Part shown: piece after piece, positions 56,482 to 64,000 of the stretch | Numbering within the stretch: position 1 is the stretch's first letter | How the letters are laid out: each line of letters opens with the position of its first letter | Assembly: GCF_009914755.1 (NCBI RefSeq) | Contig: NC_060926.1 | Reading direction: 5' to 3' (one strand) | DNA: 64,000 nt | DNA from: the human T2T-CHM13v2.0 reference genome, Homo sapiens | Notes under the pieces: model-generated | What the model was told of the DNA's origin: nothing | The model's input: only the letters and a program-made list of their open reading frames with translations | The model's database searches: none | Position numbers and translations under genes: made by a program

Positions 56482-58117
56482 ATTCCCTGACTTACTCCCC
56501 CAAAAGAGCCCTGCTTTTTTATTAGGCAAAGCGCAGGAATTAACATGGGGCATGAGGTATACAGGGTGGGCTGGGCAAAGCACCTGAGGGTAGGGGATGA
56601 GGGTCAGCATATCTGGTTGCCACGGTTATCTTGAGTAATGGACCACCTGATGCTCTGGTCAGTGGCAACAAGGCGGTAACTCAATTGTTAGCATTCCTTC
56701 CCGAAGTGGGACACTTCACAACCTTGTTATCTCCAAAGGCCAGTGCCTGAAATTTGTAAAGTAAAAGGCATGGTTGCACATTATGGTATCAGCGAGGCAG
56801 TAGTGTGGGTTTTGTGATCACTAAGAATGCTCCAGCAGGGGTGAGCTGAAGCCGAGCCGCCATCTCCACTGTCTCATTTGGTCCTCCCTTAGAGCTCTCC
56901 CTCCCCGAGTTCACCTGCCTGATCAGCCAGAGCAGATTTCCTGCACATCTAGGTTCTTTACACCCTCTAGCCTACAAAGCACGAAGAGGCCCCTATTGGC
57001 CCTCTGGCTCTAATGGACTGAGAAGGAGCTTAGCAGGAGAAAAAGTGAGTTTCCCAGCCCCATCCTAGGAGAGAGTCTAGAAGGCTTGTTCTTCCTCAGA
57101 AATGTGAACAGTAGAGATGATTTTTCTATCTCATTATTCCAAAGAATTCTCAGGCAGTGACCATGAATAGCTTATAATTCTCTGTCTTTAAAAACGAAAA
57201 CACACACCCCTGGGAATAATTGCGCCCACAGGAAGTAGGCTGGCCCGAGTGCACACAGCCAGGAAGAATAAGAACCCTCCATGTTTACTTCAGAGCAAGG
57301 TTTTTAGCAGGGAAAATGTTGCTAGGTTGTGTCTACTCCCTCCAGTGCCCTCTTCCCTCCTCCCTCCCCACAAATCCCCCACTTCCGTCACATATTGGCA
57401 GGAACTTGCTGTTCCTTGGCCAGCTGGGAGGCCTGCCAGAGCCCTTCCATTTTCCGGAGGGCTTCTCTTCTATTTCTAAACAGAGTTGTTTGAAACCGGA
57501 TGCTACACAGAGCCAATCTCCTCACCCTTCAAACCCCCTCCCTGACCCCTGACCCTGTGAAGCAGGCCCCTCCTCCCTTTATTGTTCTTGACTCTGGGCC
57601 TGTCCCTGTAACCAAAGCCAATGAGTTGGGGGCAGGGGCCGGCACAGGCTGCAGGCCAAGGGGGAAAGCTGCCAGAGGAAATTTCACAGGGTAAAGAGGC
57701 TCCCAGAAGAGCCACGTTGTCCCTCAGCCCCTCCCATTTCCCTCTCCCTCTGCCCTGCTGTCCTGGAGGGCACAAGAATGAGACCAGCCCATCGAGGAAG
57801 TCCCTCACTTGAGCAGGGCCAGACTTAGGCCATCACAGAACACAGGGAGAGATTTCTAGTTGGAAAAACAACCAAAGGACTGTCTATGCCCTTCATTCAT
57901 TTAGCTGTAATAGATGGCTCTTTTAACAGGTGTCCATTCATTCATACTGTCACTCATTCATTTTCTATTCAACAAGGTGAGGTAGGAGGTGGCACTCAAC
58001 TCCAGAGGCATGGCTTGGACACTTGGACACGGGACCAGATTGAGGACTAGCTAAAACGGCCCCAGAGAAAGCCGCTTTCAATCAGACACGCCCACTAGTG
58101 TGCCGGGTCAATTCACC

Positions 58118-58131
58118 GTTGCCATAGCAAC
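58118..58131. promoter_or_regulatory. RFX X-box motif inside MER41 LTR
   Basis: GTTGCCATAGCAAC fits the consensus GTNRCC(N0-3)RGYAAC; occupancy unknown. Confidence 0.55.
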
Positions 58132-58338
58132 ATGTGGGCGTTACCACCCTTTTCCATGGCAATGACCCAATGACCCAAAAGTTACTATCCCTTCCCTAGA
58201 AATTGCTGCATAAACTGTTCCTTTATCTGCATGCAATTAAAGTGCGTGTAAATATGACTGCAGAATGGCCCTGAACGGCTACTCTCTCCCTACACAGTAG
58301 TCCTGCTCTACAGGAGCAGTCATGGAACTGTAACACCT

Positions 58339-58460
58339 CTTGAACCCGGGAGGCGGAGGTTGCAGTGAGCTGAGATTGCACCACTGCACTCCAGCCTGGG
58401 CAACAGAGCGAGACTCCATCTCAAATAATAATAATAATAGTAAAATAATGATAATAATAA
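58339..58460 (+). mobile_element. Heavily 5'-truncated Alu right-arm end with (TAA)n tail
   Basis: CTTGAACCCGGGAGGCGGAGG...GACTCCATCTC then AAATAATAATAAT... Confidence 0.93.
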
Positions 58461-60148
58461 TAAAGCTGTTTTCTTCTGTCTCCAGCTTGCCCTTGAATTC
58501 TTCACTGGGCAAAGCCAAGAACCCAGTGGGCTAAGCTCCACTTTGGAGCTTGCCTGCCCTGCGTCAAAGGCATCCACTGTACCTGCTATTGTTCATCACA
58601 GCCATTGGGCTATGACAGTAGATAAAACAGGCCAAAATACCTGCCCTCCTGGGTTTTGTACCGATGGATGTTAGAAATTTCATACAAGGGAAGAAGGAAT
58701 AGGAAGTCCTTGGAAATATGATAATAAAGAGAGTAGTCAATGACAATAGCCGTTGACCCTGTTGCAATCTTAAAGGGATATGCCGGGTCACCAGGCCCGA
58801 AGCCAGATCTGACAGTCAGGAAGACCAGAAACCAGCCAAGAGTCTAATGGCTAACAGAAGTGGCAAATCAGAAACATGGCTTTGGATTTCCTGCTGCAAC
58901 AGATGTGTAGAGGGGAAGCAGATGGGCTCTGCTCAGGTTTGGGAGGCAGGGCATTCTGGAGGTTTCCCTCAGGCTGGCCTCCATGCCTGCTGCCACTGTC
59001 TTGGCTGCACCATCATAACCACACATCATCCACAGCAACGGGGGAGGACCCAAAAACAAACAACCTTGGCCTTCCTCAAGAGCTGTGGTGATGTTCAAGT
59101 CATTGCAAAAAAATTTCATTTTCCTCAGTGAACTAGTCCTCACGTGTGGGGGAGGCTTTGTCACTGGTCCTGATTATTGCTTCTTGGGCAATACCTCCAA
59201 CATTTTGCTTTCAGTTTCTCTGCTTCCAGCGTATCTGTCCCATGCTAGCGATCTATAATTCATTCAAACATACACTAGGTAGCAACCATGTGTCAGGCCC
59301 TGCACAGGGTGCTGAAAATGCCCTTCTGGAGGAGAGAGACACGAGTGGTGCCTTGAGGGCTGTCATGAGAGAGGCAGGCATGCCATGAACAGCACACACC
59401 TGGGCTGAGCTCTTGTGGAGGGATAGTGAGCCAGGAGCTCTGCGGGCAGCCGGGAAGGAGGGCACTCCTGACTCAGCCTTGGGTCCTTGAGAATTCGCTT
59501 GGCATTTTTTGGTAGGTTGCACTGTGCTAGGCACTGCCATTTCAAGAAGGCATAGCTTAGCTCAGAAGGGACAGTGAACGTTCATTTGAGATGAATGAAT
59601 AGAACTTTCCAAGGCAGGCAGGCAACTATGGAGAAGAAGTGGGGGAGGCGTGCAGTCAGAGTGAGCAGCCTCTGTAGAGCTGAGAGCTGGGAAAGGGCAG
59701 GGTTCATGGGAAGGCCAGGGAGTGGTGCTCATGATGGGAGCCTGAGGGTGGGGGAAGGGAGGTGGCTGATTGGAGGGAAGCTTGGTGCTGGAGGGTGGAG
59801 AGGACAGAGGGCATGGAGGCCATGCCAAGGAAAGTTTGGACTTTATCCTATAGTAAGCAAGAAGGAACTATGGAAGGCTTTTAAGGCTGGGCATGATATG
59901 ATCAGATCTGGGAGCTACAGACACACATATACACATATAGATAGCTATAAGAGAAATTCAAACATCTAAATAGTCTCTCTCTATATACTTTAAGTACACA
60001 TATATGCGTATATTTCACCCATACAAACCTAGATCAGTTATTGTGCTTTTCTTCCTCTATCACTTCTCCCCTGTACAGTCAGGGGAGTCAGAGGCCTATA
60101 CATTGCCCAGGAGAATTATGATTCTCTTAGCAGAAATATAAAGAGAAC

Positions 60149-61068
60149 ACAGGCAACAAAAACAAAAACAAAAATAGACAAATGGGACTTAATTAAACTA
60201 AAAGGCTTCCGCACAGCAAAAGAAATAATTAACATACTGAAGAGACAATCTGTAGATGAGAGAAAATATTTGCAAGCCATTCATCTGACAGGGAACTAAT
60301 ATCTAGAATATGCAAGGAACTAAAACAACTCAAGAGGAAAAAGAAAAAACAATCCCATTAAAAAGTAGGCAAAGAATGTGAATAGACATTTCTCAAAAGG
60401 AGACATACGAATGACCAACAGGTATATGAAAAAATGCTCACTATCACTAATCATCAGAAAAATGCAAATCAAAACCACAATGAGATATCATCTTACCATA
60501 GTCAGAATGGCTATCATTAAAAAGACAGCAAATAACAGATCTTGGCAAGGATGCAGAGAAAAGAGAACTCTTATACACTATGGTGGCAATGTAAACTAGT
60601 ACAGCCACTATAAGAAACAGTATGGAGACTTCTCAAAAAACTAAAAATAGAACTACCATTCAATCCAGCAATCCCATTACTGGGTATCTACCCAAAGGAA
60701 AAGAAATCAATATATCAAAGGAATACCTGCACTCCCACGTTTACTGCAGCACTATTCACAATAGCAATGATATGGAATCAACCCAAGTGTCCATCAACAG
60801 ATGAACGGATAAAGAAAATGTGTCATATATACACAATGAAATACTATTTGGCCATGAAGAAAAGTGGGTTAAAGGGTACAAATATGTAATAAGACAGAAG
60901 GAATAAATTAAATGCATGATAACAGAGTAGGGTGATTATAGTTGACAAAAATGTATTGTACTCAGATGATGGACGCAATAAATTCTCTGACTTGATCACT
61001 ACACATTAAATACATGTAACAAAGTTTCACACGTGCCCCATAAACTTGTATAAATAAAAAAATAAAAA
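60149..61068 (+). mobile_element. 5'-truncated L1MA (MA4A-like) ORF2 C-terminus + 3' UTR with internal deletion near 60860
   Basis: ORF 60378-60599 [39 protein letters not shown] is L1 ORF2 C-terminal motif; AATAAA/A tail at end. Confidence 0.92.
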
Positions 61069-61685
61069 TGATAGTTAATATTCAGTTGGGTTTACCTCTT
61101 ACTTCCAAATGATGCTTTTGAGAACCAACAGGCAAAGGTCTAGGGAAATAAAGAGGTCTCAGAAGAGAACATCGGGAGAGGGATGGGCAGGTGACTTTCA
61201 CCTTCTCCCTGCCACAGGGGTCACTCCTTCTCCTCCACCATGGGGGTGGGGATGGTGCAGATGGAGGCCTGGCCATAGGGAGGAGGGGTCTGCATGAGAG
61301 GCTGCCAGCTCTCTGGGCGTTGAGTACCAGGGAACTGTGCAAAAATGATGCCCACATATGCAGCCCATTTCTCATCTTTTCCGCAGCAGATCTGACATCT
61401 GAGCAGATGCTGTTCGCATCTCTATGGGATAAATCTGCCCATCAATAGTTGGCTGGGCACTACTGGTAGTCACATTGCAGAGGGAGGCCCAGTGGGTCCT
61501 GAGACTGCTAAGTCCCATCCAAACTGCCTGTGTCAATAGTTTAGGACAACCCTTGTCCTCCTCCCCACAAAACAAGCAGAAGTCCCTGACATCCCACAGG
61601 AGGGGGAAAAGGAATGGTGGGGAAGAGGAAGCCATAAACATACTGCATATCATTATATTTTTTGAGGTGACTTTAAAAGTCTACC

Positions 61686-62041
61686 TGATATGGTTTGGCT
61701 GTATCCCCACTCAAATCTCACCTTGAGTTGTAATAATCCCCACATGTCAAGGGTGGGGCCAGGTGGAGACAATTGAATCATGGGGGCTGTTTCCCCCATA
61801 CTCTTCTCGTGGTAGTGAATATGTCTCATGAGATCTGGTGGTTTTATAAATGAGAGTTCCCCTGCACAAGCTCTCTTGCCTGCTGCCATGTAAGACGTGT
61901 CTTTGCTCCTCATTTGCCTTCCACCGTGTTTGTGAGGCTTCCCCAGCCATGTGGAACTGTGAGTCAATTAAACCTCTTTCCTTTATAAATTACCCAGTCT
62001 CAGGTATGTCTTTATTAGCAGCATGAGAACAGACTAATACA
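61686..62041 (+). mobile_element. THE1C-like MaLR solo LTR
   Basis: TGATATGGTTTGGCTG...GAACAGACTAATACA; perfect 5-bp TSD CTACC. Confidence 0.95.
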
Positions 62042-62865
62042 CTACCCAATGTAAGATTTTTTTTTTATTTGAAGAGAAACCAAGTTTAAGGAGAAAATTA
62101 AGAAGGGGTAGTAAAAAGATTAATATAGAAGGAAAGTTAGTATCCAGTGATTTACACTGATCTTATATAATTACCAAAAATAGAATATGAATTAGGCTCT
62201 GAGCTTCTTATGAAACAAAGCAAAAATGAGAATGTAAAAGTTACAAAAATGACAATGAACAAAAGACAAAAGAAAGCCAGTTCCTCAGTGAGCGCTTTCT
62301 TTTTCCTTGTTCTGGGGCTTGAGTGAATTTTTCCTCCAAATTCTCACACAAGGGAAGTCTCATAGATTCTCAGCAATCTATACAATGCTAAGTTCTCCAC
62401 AGCTATTCCATAGGGTTCCTGGAGGTGATATTCCAAACCTCAACTTAGGACTAAGAGGTGGCAAAGGGAGAGAGGCCAAATACATCAACCCAGTAGTAGA
62501 CTCACCTGATTTGGACTGGGAAATAAGATCTACGCTATCTAAGGGTAGACTGCATGTCTGGCAGGCAATCCTCCATAAATGTTTGCTAAAAGTTGGGTCA
62601 CACATGGTTGGAAGACACATTATTTGGAAAGAACTCAGCTAGAGTAGAGTAACTTTCTATTACTGGTTAAAGGCAGATCAGTAATCTTCAAAATCAATTT
62701 TACACACATCCAAACAAATACTAGATAGTCATTAACAATTATTTTCTGTATCATAATTTTTATGACCTGATAATTGTCTGTAATATTACAGCTTTAAAAA
62801 TCAGTAACAAAATAGGATCTACAGCATTAAACAGGGAAAAAAGAAGGATTTAAACATGGCAAATG

Positions 62866-62868
<3 letters not shown>

Positions 62869-62920
<52 letters not shown>
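62869..62920. repeat. (AC)16(AG)10 compound microsatellite
   Basis: Read directly. Confidence 0.97.
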
Positions 62921-62921
<1 letters not shown>

Positions 62922-63002
62922 TAAAGAATAGAAAGAATAAAAGAATATAAACTGTTAACTGTCTATTTCTAGGTGGTATAATTTGACTGCTTTGTGCTTA
63001 CG

Positions 63003-63495
63003 CTAGTTTTGGGTTCTTCTCACTCCTGAAAGGAGAATTTGGGTGCAGCTGCTTGGGAGATAATTGCAGGAGGCACTAGAAGTGGGGTGAAGAAGTAGAA
63101 GAAAGAAAAGAAGATCAATATGGGATGTGCTGATGAATGGGTTACCACTGTTGGCAATTGGAGCTAAATCCCTCGAGGGAAACTCTGAGACACTCTGTGA
63201 AACACATCTCAGAACAGTCCCATCAAGGGTCAAGATAGCTGGTCAAGATATTTATCCAGCCACTCTCATCCTCCATTGTTAAGGATCACTTCTGGAAATG
63301 TTAACTCCCCAGCACTCCCGGCACTTTCAACCACCCTATGTGCAAGCCAAGAAAGCTCCTATAGCCAGAGAATGTCCTCAAGAAGGGGACAAAGGTGCTT
63401 GAGAAAGGAAGCCATCCATATATAACAGAACCATCCACAACTGCAGATGACTTCCAGGTGGGTTAAGGAATGTGGGCAGGTCACCAACAGTGTAG
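63003..63495 (-). mobile_element. LTR33-family LTR
   Basis: TTGGGTTC...GTTACCACTGTTGGCAATTGGAGCT...AACTCTGAGAC...TATTTATCCA...TTAACTCCCCAGCACT. Confidence 0.7.
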
Positions 63496-64000
63496 TTTTC
63501 ATATTTTTTACATATATTACTTTTGGTGTCAGAAAAATTGTATTTATAAAAATTGACTTTTCAGAAGCTACATGTGCTGAGAGGCACAGGTTATGAGAAT
63601 TAAGGACTTGACCATGACTCCCATATGAACAAAAGGATTCTGTCACTGTCCAAAGGCGGACTGGGGCAGCACTATAGAAGGAACAAACTTAGAGAATATT
63701 TCTGGGTCCAATCCAGAAAATAAACATATGAGAAGTCAAGGTCTCAAATCTTCACTCCATAGAATATTGATCACATTGATGTTGGCCTGAAATTCGTTCA
63801 GACTGGGAATTCAGTCTGAAATCTCAATCATGCATTCACAAAGTGTTTAAATTTGAGCATCACAGTTTCCAAGGAAAGATGGCTTTCACTTTCAAATTAT
63901 AATTGCAAACTTCAAATGGGTGCCCAACACTGCCTGGTAGCATGACTATGTCTATTCTAAGTAAGCTCACTTTCCTCACTGTGGTGGCCGTGAGAATGCA

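Larger units (their letters stand above)
57978..58566 (+). mobile_element. MER41 (C/D-like) ERV1 solo LTR inserted in an antisense L2 tail
   Basis: TGAGGTAGGAGG start, GGACCAGATTGAGGACTAGCTAAAAC, ...GCCTGCCCTGCGTCA end; perfect 4-bp TSD AAGG; L2 sequence resumes on both sides. Confidence 0.9.

Overview
Primate (very likely human) non-coding genomic DNA, intergenic or deep-intronic. I found no credible protein-coding gene, tRNA/rRNA, CpG island or CRISPR array; nearly all ORFs in the track are chance frames or Alu/L1/simple-repeat read-through. The window is a patchwork of interspersed repeats: about 14 Alu/FLAM copies (many with clear target-site duplications, TSDs), several L1s, L2/L3/MIR relics, solo LTRs (THE1, MER4-group, MER41, LTR16, LTR33, MLT1) and hAT MITEs. 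Repeat subfamily names come from my recall of consensus sequences and need RepeatMasker/Dfam confirmation. The most unusual items are: (1) a 2.2-kb G-free (CAC/CAT)n VNTR of ~54 units whose 3n+2 unit length creates a stop-free polyHis-polyThr-polyPro ORF; (2) an L1 made of 5'UTR+ORF1 joined directly to the 3' tip, with no ORF2, inside one TSD pair; (3) an 88-bp locally copied insertion inside an LTR33, and a separate exact 25-bp dispersed duplication; (4) a few well-formed candidate exons suggesting lncRNA transcription. I cannot support a claim of a new biological system from sequence alone.
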